A stretch of DNA of 64,000 bases from Rhynchopus sp. YZ270_cl-10 (taxonomy: Eukaryota): positions 1,798,001 through 1,862,000 of the forward strand of contig OZ037841.1 in the NCBI GenBank assembly GCA_964035575.1, read 5' to 3'. Position numbers and translations under genes: made by a program. Position 1 is the first letter of the stretch, and each line of letters starts with the position of its first letter. The notes beneath the pieces were generated by a model. It had not been told where the DNA came from, did no database searches, and worked only from the letters and a program-made list of their open reading frames with translations. Positions 37,397-47,713 of the stretch are shown here, one piece after another.

Positions 37397-39998
37397 CACC
37401 GTGCGCTGGTCAGAGGTCTGACCAGGTAATACCTGGTCAGATTTATGACCAGGTACACCTGGTCAGATCTGACCAGGTACACCTGGTCATGACCAGGTAT
37501 ACCTGGTCATGACCAGGTGTACCTGGTCAGATGACCAGGTACCTGGTAGGTTCCCAGACCCACGCAGTACCACGTCGCAGTACTACGCAAAATTTACCAC
37601 CAGACCCTGTCTTCGTGCACCTGAAGTACAACGCCGCAGACAGGCCAAACATGCGTTGGACTCAGAGGAATGCCCGCTGTGCAGGTATCATGAGAACCAA
37701 CTCCCAGCAACAAGGGGCGCCTTTTGGCGGGCGTTGTTGAGGGTGTTTGGGGTGCAAAGTTTTCCACAATTTTGATGCGCGGGTACAGAAGTGTTGTCTT
37801 GTTCTTTCATCTCTAGGAATGTAAATGTCAATCGCGTTTAACTACCACGAGGGCTTGTTCAGTGAACCCACAAGGGGTCGAAGGGGGTTGGTTATCCCAT
37901 ATCTATCAAAGGTTGTGTCGACCAGGCGAAACCACTATGTTACGCTGTACGTTGTTAAATCCGAAGAAATAACACTTTAGCAGCCGCAGGAAGTTTGCTA
38001 AAAAGAGTGCCTCACGCTACACAAACCACCACCCGCGATTGACTTAGATGTTATAACAAAGAGAATTCAGAACAAAACAACACCCTGCCCCATACACACT
38101 AAATTGTCATGCTTCAAGAGCATGCCTGGGCCAAAATTACTGTTGACAAAAAAGGCAACAAGACCACCCACAAGGAGTGTGAAATGTGCACTGGTTTTCT
38201 GGGGGAACGCAATATTTTCTTGTGTCTAGTCCTCCGCAAGCAGAGGACAGACTTTCCGGAAGGTTTCCAAAGGTCGAATTTCTTGCACTAGCTATGCTCC
38301 CTGGGTTAAATGGCAATAGCAGTGACTGACAAAATATTCCCACCCCCCAGGTCTTCGTCCACAAACCCAGAATAGATTGATGTGGGTGAAGCCTTTCGGA
38401 TTTTTGAGTTGTTGATAGAATGTCGAAGAGCGGCGAAACTTCTCATCGCAATCACGGATGCAGTTCAGATTTCACGATCCTGTGATGAGTGTAAATGTGG
38501 GGTGTGATTAAGTTATGGTGTATAAACGCAGTACTGTAAAATCGTTTAATTTGTCACCTACAATTCTTCCGTCCCTAATACAGAAAGTATCACTCAAGGC
38601 TGTACTTTAAAAAGTAGACACAAAAAATCGCCCGACGTAATGTGAGGGGGTGACAAAATTCATTTATGACTGATATTTCAACTCGGTTAATTAGGGTGTG
38701 ACAAATTAAACGATTTTCCAGTATTAAAGATGAGGTTAATGAAGAAAGTGGTAATAACTATGCATTGCCGTGAAATAAGGTAGCCTTTTTTTCACGCCAC
38801 AGCGGATTTCCTGCTGCACTAATGGTTCCCAAGCGAAGCGAGGGGACCATGTATAAGTATTTACCGAGCGAAGCGAGGTGAATATTATGTGCAGCAGGTA
38901 ACGAGCACGCCTGCAGAAGTTTAAAAACGGCTGCCTTATGACAAGCAATATGTAAGTTTATTCCGATTACACAAAGTAGGGGTAGTCTGCAAGCACCAGC
39001 CAAAAAAGAGTGAGATCGGTGATCAGGGAAAACAAACACCACCACACAACAACTTGACAACCACTAAAGGAATGAATCTACACTAGTGCCTGACAGTTAA
39101 ACATATTTACGTACCTTGTCTTCATCGTAACCTGCGCCTTCGCTGCTGTCAAGGTGCCTTCTCTGGGTACAGTGCCCAGTGTCCAGTACAGAAAAAAAAA
39201 TTCGTCTAAAAAATCGAGTACGCAAAACCACATTTTAGACATTTTAGACCCCTACAGAGGCTCAAAAGTGCCAAATTTTGCTTTTATGGCCTCAAATCGT
39301 AAAAATTAGCTACTACAGTACACGGGGTATGACCGTATTTTGGCTGAAATTTTGACTTGAAAATTTTTTTCAACATTTGCCCAATCTGAGGTTTTCTTTG
39401 GATTTTTTGGGCCATTTTATGACCTACCACGGCCAGTTTTGGGCAAAAAAGTTATTTTTTCTTTGGTCAAAAATCGCCTTGTCTAACCACTGTTTCGTGT
39501 AGGATTGTTCAAATACGTGTATTTGGTGAAACCCCAGATGGTCAAAACACCCGAATTTTGCGTTTTTTTGCATTTTTCGGTGCCCCAAGACCCAACCCAG
39601 AGGCCAAATTTTTCCCGAAAAAAAAAATTTTTTTTTTTGAGATTTTTCGATTTTTTGCTAAGGTGATGCCCATACAAAATGTACAGGGTGCACACAAATA
39701 GCCGTGGAATAAATTCTAGATGCTCTAAACTGCTCGTAAGTGCCTTTATTTGCACTTTTAGCCCAGTTTTGAGGTCATATGGACCCACCAAGGGCATTTT
39801 TGTGTTGTCAAAAAAAAAAAAAAAACCTGGTCACAGTGGCCAAATACCTGGTCACTGACCAGGTATACCTGGTCAATACCTGGTCATTGACCAGGTATAC
39901 CTGGTCATGACCAGGTGTACCTGGTCAATCTGACCAGGTCAAAACCTGGTCATATTACCTGGTCAACTGACCAGGTATCCTCTGACCAGCGCACGGTG
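37397..39998. mobile_element. 2.6-kb non-autonomous TIR element with TA TSD and subterminal palindrome arrays
   Basis: TA|CACCGTGCGCTGGTCAGAGG ... CCTCTGACCAGCGCACGGTG|TA. Arrays of TGACCAGGT-NN-ACCTGGTCA at 37418-37547 and 39826-39977. Confidence 0.85.
38534..38721. mobile_element. 188-bp MITE, 24-bp TIRs, TA TSD
   Basis: TA|CTGTAAAATCGTTTAATTTGTCAC ... GTGACAAATTAAACGATTTTCCAG|TA (1 mismatch). Confidence 0.8.
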
Positions 39999-41040
39999 TA
40001 GGCAAGAACCTCCTTGCGAGTCTTCTCCCCTGAGAACTGCGTTTCCCCCAGAGCCCTAGCAAAGTCCAGTGCCCCTTGCACGGTTTTACTCACTTTTGCC
40101 ATTTTTGTATTTGTTTTCATCCTGTTGTCAAGTAAGTTGTGTGGGAAATTATGGGAAAATGTAGGTTTCCTATAGGAACCTATAGGAAACCAAGGGTACC
40201 AATTTTTACCGTTGGTTTATTTTGCTCTCGGGGGGTATCCATCATATTTCCAATTGGACTTTTTGCTCGTCGTTTTTTTTATTGAACCCAGAAACTTAAC
40301 TCTGAGTTCATTAAAAAAAAAATCGGGGAGAAAGTCCCAGTAGAACCCAGATGAAATAAAAATAAGGACCCCAGGTTACCTTTTGGGGGGGGGTGGTTTA
40401 TGGACTGACCCACATGTACTATTTACATTTAAATTATTTACGTGTATTATTTACATGCACGAATACTATTTACATAAAAATATGTAAACAATAGCTGTGA
40501 GGGGGGTTTACATATTTATTTTACTCTCCCCGTTTTATAGTGTTGAAAGGTGCACACGCCAAGAGAAGAATGACACCACTTCCAGGATAACACCCTGCGT
40601 TTACACTGGGTATTCCAACCACAACCCCGCACCACCTGCGAGCCATCCTCGCATGCTGGCGGCGTACTTTGGCGTGCGCTTGAGGTGCTTCTCTCAACTC
40701 CATATGAATGAACGAACAATAAAAAGAATAAAGTGATCAAAGTGATCAGCACACACAAAAATATGCTTCTCCCCTCCCTCCTTCTTATACATATCTCGTT
40801 CTCTTCTCTCTGTCTCTAAAGAACGCCAGACGGAAAGGACCACGTGTCTGTACATCAGCGTGTTCACCAGAAAGCGCAAAGCACTTTACATATGGACGAA
40901 ATTCTAAATCAGTCTTCTGATTCAGACCAGTTTTATGCACTGAGCCTTTTGGGGGTTGTCTACACTTTCAAAAACAGGTTTTGTTTTATGTGAGCCAAGG
41001 TTTGCATTTGCTTCTTTCTTTTGAACCCATCATAAACCAA

Positions 41041-44007
41041 ATGATGAGAACCAGAACCTCGTCATGGTGCACACAACAGCTGCCCCTTCTCCTCCTCCTT
41101 GCCTGCACGACAGTCCCACCTGCAGCAGGGGTGCCACAGCAGCCGATCAGAGTCATGGCAGTTCTCTCCACTCACATACCCGTCACCCCACACGGTGCAT
41201 GGGGTCCAGTGTCAGCCTGCATGCAGATCACACCTAGCTGCAAGGGCGGGCTTCCTCCACTTCACGCATGGCTGCGGCAGCAGCGGTCTGACGCACGAGG
41301 CAGCGTCTTCCTCACTGGACCTGACACCAAAAGTCGTTTCATTCTGTCGTACCCTTCGCAGTATCTTTTCAACCTTGAAGCCTGGCGACGACTTAGTGTT
41401 GACTTTGGAGTGCTCCAAGACGAAACGTTTGTGACGATGGACGGTCGTGCTGATGTTGCGGTACAGTTCCTGGAGGCGGCTCACGTTCCCATGATTGCAT
41501 CTAGTATGCTGCCGGACAGCACATTTCCTATGTTCTACGGTCTCACCGAGCGGATTCACTACAAAACCATTGATGGTGTAACTATCGCGACGATTACACT
41601 CTGGTCTGATCTCTGGCTCGGAGGCTCATTTAGCTTCTTCCGTCACGCAAGTATCCTTCCTGTTGTCTGCAAACGTGCCCGTGCACGTGGTGCACAACGT
41701 ATTGTGATCTTCATTTCTGGAACACCCTCGCCCGGTGCTGACGACCCCACCATCTACTCACAGTACGACATTGATGTTGCGGTCTTCACTTTCGTCCCTG
41801 GAGACACCATCAAAACCAATGGGACGACCATATACAGGACAGGGCCTGATTATGGACTGCTGTCGGTGAGCCTTGTGCAGGACGGTGCAGTGTGGACGGA
41901 TTCGTTTGAGGCAATCAGTCTCAACACACCACCTGCAGGATACGACACGGCTGTGTTTGCTGCGGACCAGGCCTGGGCACAGCTCGCGTTGGACCAGGCG
42001 AATGCGAACAACGTTGCTCTCACTGTGTCCACTGCAGCGCTTGACCCATCCTCTGGCCCGAATGGCGAACTTCTCTGTGCCCTGTACGAATGCCACATGG
42101 GACGTATGGGGTGTGATGCAATATATGAATGGGCCACATGGGCCGATGTGGTGGTGACTGTGGGTGGGTCCTTCAGAGGTCCTGGGTGGCCGGCCGGCCC
42201 AGTGACGAACGGCGACATCTATGCGGGGAACCCGTTCACAAATTTGATGTGCACACAGAACTACACAGGTCCAGGGTTGTTGCGTATTTTGGAGCAGGGT
42301 TTGAACTTCACAGCTTCTGACGGGACGCATTCAGGTGCAAGCCATTCGTACCTGCAGGTGGCGGGGTTGCGATTCAGGTACAACACACTCCTGCCGCGGC
42401 AGCAGCGTGTCACGGCGGTGGAGGTCTTTGACAAGGAGCTGGAGGAGTACGTTCCCCTGAGCAGACGCCGCACCTACTCGGTGGTCACCATCCAGCACCT
42501 CCTCCGTGGTGCTGACGGCTACGGAGACAGTCTTGGCGACCACCAACCAGGCTCACAGGTGTGCCACACGAGCACCACAATTGAATTGTTCATTGCCTAC
42601 CTGAAGCGCCAGAGCACCTACACACCACACATTGACGGGCTCTCTATTAACGACTTCAGCGGGACATGGATGAACCTCTTGAACAAGACACGTGAGGACT
42701 GCACAGTGGACGAACGCTTCTTGGCTGAGTGGAGCGACTGCGAGCCTTGTGAGCCAGGCTTCTGGCATCCCAACGTTGAGAGTGAGTTCTGTGTGGAGAA
42801 GCTTGCGACTGTGAAGGAGTCAGGAGACGGTGCGCCTATTGGTTTGATTCTTGGTGTCGTGTTTGGTGTGCTTGTGCTGCTTGCGATTCCTGTTGCGTGG
42901 AAGATGACAGAGAAGCAGCGCCGCATCAACGCACTCTTCAACAACAACAAGATTGCTGAGGAATGCGCCGTTGCGGTTGTGGAGCTGCGTCTCTCGGACC
43001 TGGATTACTTACTGGAGCTGGACAACCCGAACAAAATCCAAGCAGCCTTCGTCTCCATTGTGAAGCAGCTGAAGGTGTACATGGCGTTCATGCCAAAGAC
43101 TCTCCTTGCTGACCGCCAAGACGCGAGTGAAGTGATCCAAAAAGAAGCATCAGGAGCAGCATCTGACACTTCGTCAAACATAAGCAAGTCGTCTGGTCAG
43201 TCTCGCCAGAAAGATCAGGTCAGGCAAGCAACAAACTTCACAAAGCGCAAAAGCATTTCGATGATGTGCCTGAACAGCAGAAACCACACTGCACTCTGCG
43301 ATAAGTCGGACAGTGCAGGTGTGGTGCACACAGCACTGATTGAGAACTTCACCTTCACCGTTGCGACACACAAGGGTGTGTCCGAGCCTATGTGTGGCGA
43401 CCGTCTTGTGGCATCGTGGAACACTGCCATCGACCGTGCGGGGCACTCCGCGTTGTCGTGTGCTGCAGCACACGAATTGATTGATAAGTTCACAGACCCA
43501 AAGAAGAGTGTGTTACCAGCATGGACAGCTATTACACCGAACATTGGAATTGCTTCAGGAAAGGTGCTCTTTGGTTTGTTTGGCGGCACGACAACAAAGA
43601 AGTACGACGTTATCGGGAAGGTGCTGCCGTCTGCAACGATTCTGATGCTTCTGAACAAAGAGCACGAGACGCACATCCTCGTCACTGCGAAGGTTGCGGA
43701 GGCTGTGAACTCTCTTTACTTTTTGCGCATTGTGGACCATGTGAAGTACAGGAAGCTGGAGCGGGCGAGCTTTATCTTTGAGTTGCGTGAGCGCAAGGAA
43801 AGCAAGAACGGTGACGAGTGGATGTACGCGATGGAGTCGCACGAGAAGGCTGATCCACACGCCTTCTGCAATGAGACGTGGTATGAGCTTGTCACGAATG
43901 CTAAGTACCCTACGCAGGCTGAAGGGTTGAGTGAAAAGCTGCTCTCGATAGTAAAGTCTCAGAATGACAACTACGTTGCGCCGTGTGCCTCGTTGGATCT
44001 CTTATGA
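41041..44007 (+). CDS. Receptor copy 3 (988 aa), 5'-nucleotidase-like / cyclase-like
   Basis: Intact ORF, near-identical to copy 1 apart from short variable patches and the C-terminus. Confidence 0.85.
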   Translation: MMRTRTSSWCTQQLPLLLLLACTTVPPAAGVPQQPIRVMAVLSTHIPVTPHGAWGPVSACMQITPSCKGGLPPLHAWLRQQRSDARGSVFLTGPDTKSRFILSYPSQYLFNLEAWRRLSVDFGVLQDETFVTMDGRADVAVQFLEAAHVPMIASSMLPDSTFPMFYGLTERIHYKTIDGVTIATITLWSDLWLGGSFSFFRHASILPVVCKRARARGAQRIVIFISGTPSPGADDPTIYSQYDIDVAVFTFVPGDTIKTNGTTIYRTGPDYGLLSVSLVQDGAVWTDSFEAISLNTPPAGYDTAVFAADQAWAQLALDQANANNVALTVSTAALDPSSGPNGELLCALYECHMGRMGCDAIYEWATWADVVVTVGGSFRGPGWPAGPVTNGDIYAGNPFTNLMCTQNYTGPGLLRILEQGLNFTASDGTHSGASHSYLQVAGLRFRYNTLLPRQQRVTAVEVFDKELEEYVPLSRRRTYSVVTIQHLLRGADGYGDSLGDHQPGSQVCHTSTTIELFIAYLKRQSTYTPHIDGLSINDFSGTWMNLLNKTREDCTVDERFLAEWSDCEPCEPGFWHPNVESEFCVEKLATVKESGDGAPIGLILGVVFGVLVLLAIPVAWKMTEKQRRINALFNNNKIAEECAVAVVELRLSDLDYLLELDNPNKIQAAFVSIVKQLKVYMAFMPKTLLADRQDASEVIQKEASGAASDTSSNISKSSGQSRQKDQVRQATNFTKRKSISMMCLNSRNHTALCDKSDSAGVVHTALIENFTFTVATHKGVSEPMCGDRLVASWNTAIDRAGHSALSCAAAHELIDKFTDPKKSVLPAWTAITPNIGIASGKVLFGLFGGTTTKKYDVIGKVLPSATILMLLNKEHETHILVTAKVAEAVNSLYFLRIVDHVKYRKLERASFIFELRERKESKNGDEWMYAMESHEKADPHAFCNETWYELVTNAKYPTQAEGLSEKLLSIVKSQNDNYVAPCASLDLL

Positions 44008-44119
44008 ATAGAGTAAATGTGACACCAGCCAGCAAACGTTTAGTAGTGCCCCGGGGATATGCTACGATCGTGCTAGGCTGATAAAAGTGAGGGGGTATTG
44101 TGATGCGGTACCAGCTTAA

Positions 44120-44620
44120 CCTATCCGGGTTTCTTTTTACACCTTCTGTTGTTGACCGCAGGGTTTTTGTGCTTTTTTCCGGGGCTGGCTCGTACCCGGG
44201 TCAGTCGGTGCCTGCATCAACTACTTGTTTCTTTTTCGCTTTTGTTTCCACAAAAGACATCGTTGCAAAGCAAAACCTTTCCTCATATTCAGCAGCATTG
44301 ATTTTTTGTTTTACGTTGAGGTTCCCACTTTTCCTTTTGTTTGTTGTCTCAGCCATCTTGTATTTTTGAGAAGTCTGGACAAAGAAACAAAACGAAAAGT
44401 GGGAGTGCCCTTCATGACGACCCTGCATATTCAAAACCTTTACAACCAAAAGATCGCATTTTCTTCATCTTTTTCTCACAGTTCGGGTTTTCTCCTCTTG
44501 TGCAATACCGGACGCAGGACATCCTCCTCCTGCTTTCCTCCTTTGGCAACGTTTTAGCACTGTAGACGGAGTTTAGGTTCAGCTGTCCAGCTCTTGTCCC
44601 TCATCCCATACCCATCCCAG
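44120..44620 (+). repeat. Intergenic segment paralogous to ~48120-48600, includes a family A repeat
   Basis: Shared blocks TTTGTTTCCACAAAAGACATCGTTGCAAA, GGACGCAGGACATCCTCC, GTTTAGGTTCA and TTGTCCCTCATCCCAT. Confidence 0.8.
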
Positions 44621-44743
44621 ACAACTTTCATTCACTTTTAGGGGTTCTTACACTTACACGGGTTTCATATTATGTGAGCCAAGGTGTCTCGTTCCTGTCG
44701 CACTTTGCATTTGCTTCTTTCTTTTGAACCCATCATATACCAC

Positions 44744-47713
44744 ATGATGAGAACGAGAACCTCGTCATGGTGCACACAACAGCTGTCCCTTCTCCTCCTC
44801 CTTGCCTGCACGACAGTCCCACCTGCAGCAGGGGTGCCACAGCAGCCGATCAGAGTCATGGCAGTGCTCTCCACCCAGACACCCGTCACCCCACACGGTG
44901 CATATGGTCCAGTGTCAGCCTGCATGCAGATCACACCTAGCTGCAAGGGCGGGCTTCCTCCACTTCACGCATGGCTGCGGCAGCAGCGGTCTGACGCACG
45001 AGGCAGCGTCTTCCTCACTGGACCTGACACCAAAAGTCGTTTCATTCTTTCGTACCCTTCGCAGTATCTTTTCAACCTTGAAGCCTGGCGACGACTTGGT
45101 GTTGACTTTGGAGTGCTCCAAGACGAAACGTTTGTGACGATGGACGGTCGTGCTGATGTTGCGATACAGTTCCTGGAGGCGGCTCACGTTCCCATGATTG
45201 CGTCAAGCATGATGTCTGACAACACATTTACTATGTTCTACGGTCTCACCGAGCGGATTCACTACAAAACCATTGATGGTGTAACTATCGCGACGATTAC
45301 ACTCTGGTCTGATGTATGGCAGGGAGGCACATTTGGCTTCTTCCGTCACGCAGTCATCCTTCCTGTTGTCTGCAAACGTGCCCGTGCACGTGGTGCACAA
45401 CGTATCGTTGTCTTCATTTCTGGTTCCACCTCCGGTGCTGACGACCCCACCATCTACTCACAGTACGACATTGATGTTGCGGTATTTACCTTGTTCGCTG
45501 GAGAGACCATCAAAACCAATGGGACGACCATATACAGGACAGGGCCTGATTATGGACTGCTGTCGGTGAGCCTTGTGCAGGATGGTGCAGTGTGGACGGA
45601 TTCGTTTGAGGCAATCAGTCTCAACACACCACCTGCAGGATACGACACGGCTGTGTTTGCTGCGGACCAGGCCTGGGCACAGCTCGCGTTGGACCAGGCG
45701 AATGCGAACAACGTTGCTCTCACTGTGTCCACTGCAGCGCTTGACCCGTCCACTGGCCCAGACGGTGCTTATCTCTGTGCCCTGTACGAATGCCACATGG
45801 GACGTATGGGGTGTGATGCAATATATGAATGGGCCACATGGGCCGATGTGGTGGTAACTGTGGGTGGGTCCTTCAGAGGTCCTGGGTGGCCGGCCGGCCC
45901 AGTGACGAACGGCGACATCTATGCGGGGAACCCGTTCACAGATTTGATGTGCACACAGAACTACACAGGTCCAGGGTTGTTGCGTATTTTGGAGCAGGGT
46001 CTCAACTTCACAGCTTCTGACGGGACGAAGCCTGAAGGTGCAAGCCATTCGTACCTGCAGGTGGCGGGGTTGCGATTCAGGTACAACACACTCCTGCCGC
46101 GGCAGCAGCGTGTCACGGCGGTGGAGGTCTTTGACAAGGAGCTGGAGGAGTACGTTCCCTTGAGCAGACGCCGCACCTACTCGGTGGTCACCATCCAGCA
46201 CCTCCTCCGTGGTGCTGACGGCTACGGAGACAGTCTTGGCGACCACCAACCAGGCTCACAGGTGTGCCACACGAGCACCACAATTGAGGTGTTCATTGCC
46301 TACCTGAAGCGCCAGAGCACCTACACACCACACATTGACGGGCTCTCTATTAACGACTTCAGCGGGACATGGATGAACCTCTTGAACAAGACACGTGAGG
46401 ACTGCACAGTGGACGAACGCTTCTTGGCTGAGTGGAGCGACTGCGAGCCGTGTGAGCCAGGCTTCTGGCATCCCAACGTTGAGAGTGAGTTCTGTGTGGA
46501 GAAGCTTGCGACTGTGAAGGAGTCAGGAGACGGTGCGCCTATTGGTTTGATTCTTGGTGTCGTGTTTGGTGTGCTTGTGCTGCTTGCGATTCCTGTTGCG
46601 TGGAAGATGACAGAGAAGCAGCGCCGCATCAACGCACTCTTCAACAACAACAAGATTGCTGAGGAATGCGCCGTTGCGGTTGTGGAGCTGCGTCTCTCGG
46701 ACCTGGATTACTTACTGGAGCTGGACAACCCGAACAAAATCCAAGCAGCCTTCATCTCCATTGTGAAGCAGCTGAAGGTGTACATGGCGTTCATGCCAAA
46801 GACTCTCCTTGCTGACCGCCAAGGCGCGAGTGAAGTGATCCAAAAAGAAGCATCAGGAGCAGCATCTGACACTTCGTCGAACAGGAGCAGCAGATCATCT
46901 ATCTGTTCGCGTGACAAGGAGAACATTAGGCAGGCAACAAACTTCACACAACGCAAAAGCATTTCGATGATGTGCCTGAACAGCAGAAACCACACTGCAC
47001 TCTGCGATAAGTCGGACAGTGCAGGTGTGGTGCACACAGCACTGATTGAGAACTTCACCTTCACTGTTGCGACACACAAGGGTGTGTCCGAGCCTATGTG
47101 TGGCGACCGTCTTGTGGCATCGTGGAACACTATCGTCGACCGTGCGGGGCACTGTGAGCGTGCGTGCACTGCAGCACATGCATTGGTTGATAGGTTCACA
47201 GACCCAAAGAAGAGTGTGTTACCAGCATGGACAGCTATTACACCGAACATTGGAATTGCTTCAGGAAAGGTGCTCTTTGGTTTGTTTGGCGGCACGACAA
47301 CAAAAAAGTACGACGTTATCGGGAAGGTGCTGCCGTCTGCAACGATTCTGATGCTTCTGAACAAAGAGCACGAGACGCACATCCTCGTCACTGCGAAGGT
47401 TGCGGAGGCTGTGAACTCTCTTTACTTTTTGCGCATTGTGGACCATGTGAAGTACAGGAAGCTGGAGCGGGCGAGCTTTATCTTTGAGTTGCGTGAGCGC
47501 AAGGAAAGCAAGAACGGTGACGAGTGGATGTACGCGATGGAGTCGCACGAGAAGGCTGATCCACACGCCTTCTGCAATGAGACGTGGTATGAGCTTGTCA
47601 CGAATGCTAAGTACCCTACGCAGGCTGAAGGGTTGAGTGAAAAGCTGCTCTCGATAGTAAAGTCTCAGAATGACAACTACGTTGCGCCGTGTGCCTCGTT
47701 GGATCTCTTATGA
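44744..47713 (+). CDS. Receptor copy 4 (989 aa), mosaic of copy 1 (N-terminal) and copy 3 (C-terminal)
   Basis: Intact ORF. Ectodomain variants equal copy 1; the tail from TDPKKSVLPAW onward equals copy 3. Confidence 0.85.
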   Translation: MMRTRTSSWCTQQLSLLLLLACTTVPPAAGVPQQPIRVMAVLSTQTPVTPHGAYGPVSACMQITPSCKGGLPPLHAWLRQQRSDARGSVFLTGPDTKSRFILSYPSQYLFNLEAWRRLGVDFGVLQDETFVTMDGRADVAIQFLEAAHVPMIASSMMSDNTFTMFYGLTERIHYKTIDGVTIATITLWSDVWQGGTFGFFRHAVILPVVCKRARARGAQRIVVFISGSTSGADDPTIYSQYDIDVAVFTLFAGETIKTNGTTIYRTGPDYGLLSVSLVQDGAVWTDSFEAISLNTPPAGYDTAVFAADQAWAQLALDQANANNVALTVSTAALDPSTGPDGAYLCALYECHMGRMGCDAIYEWATWADVVVTVGGSFRGPGWPAGPVTNGDIYAGNPFTDLMCTQNYTGPGLLRILEQGLNFTASDGTKPEGASHSYLQVAGLRFRYNTLLPRQQRVTAVEVFDKELEEYVPLSRRRTYSVVTIQHLLRGADGYGDSLGDHQPGSQVCHTSTTIEVFIAYLKRQSTYTPHIDGLSINDFSGTWMNLLNKTREDCTVDERFLAEWSDCEPCEPGFWHPNVESEFCVEKLATVKESGDGAPIGLILGVVFGVLVLLAIPVAWKMTEKQRRINALFNNNKIAEECAVAVVELRLSDLDYLLELDNPNKIQAAFISIVKQLKVYMAFMPKTLLADRQGASEVIQKEASGAASDTSSNRSSRSSICSRDKENIRQATNFTQRKSISMMCLNSRNHTALCDKSDSAGVVHTALIENFTFTVATHKGVSEPMCGDRLVASWNTIVDRAGHCERACTAAHALVDRFTDPKKSVLPAWTAITPNIGIASGKVLFGLFGGTTTKKYDVIGKVLPSATILMLLNKEHETHILVTAKVAEAVNSLYFLRIVDHVKYRKLERASFIFELRERKESKNGDEWMYAMESHEKADPHAFCNETWYELVTNAKYPTQAEGLSEKLLSIVKSQNDNYVAPCASLDLL

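Larger units (their letters stand above)
36938..40508. mobile_element. Outer non-autonomous TIR element (~28-bp TIRs, TA flanks) with subterminal TATTTACA repeats
   Basis: AACCCCCCTCCCAACTATTGTTTACATA at left is the reverse complement (2 mismatches) of 40481-40508. Confidence 0.7.

Noticed and set aside
37418..37547. CRISPR-like appearance of palindromic repeats (also 39826-39977)
   Set aside because: No unique spacers and no cas genes; these are subterminal repeats of a TIR element.
38575..38610. Resemblance of AAGTATCA(C/G)TCAAGGCTGT(A/C)CTT (also at 22721-22753) to the kinetoplastid spliced leader
   Set aside because: It lacks the conserved GTTTCTGTACTTTATTG end and the following GT donor. 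This copy lies inside a MITE, so I treat it as a shared repeat word.
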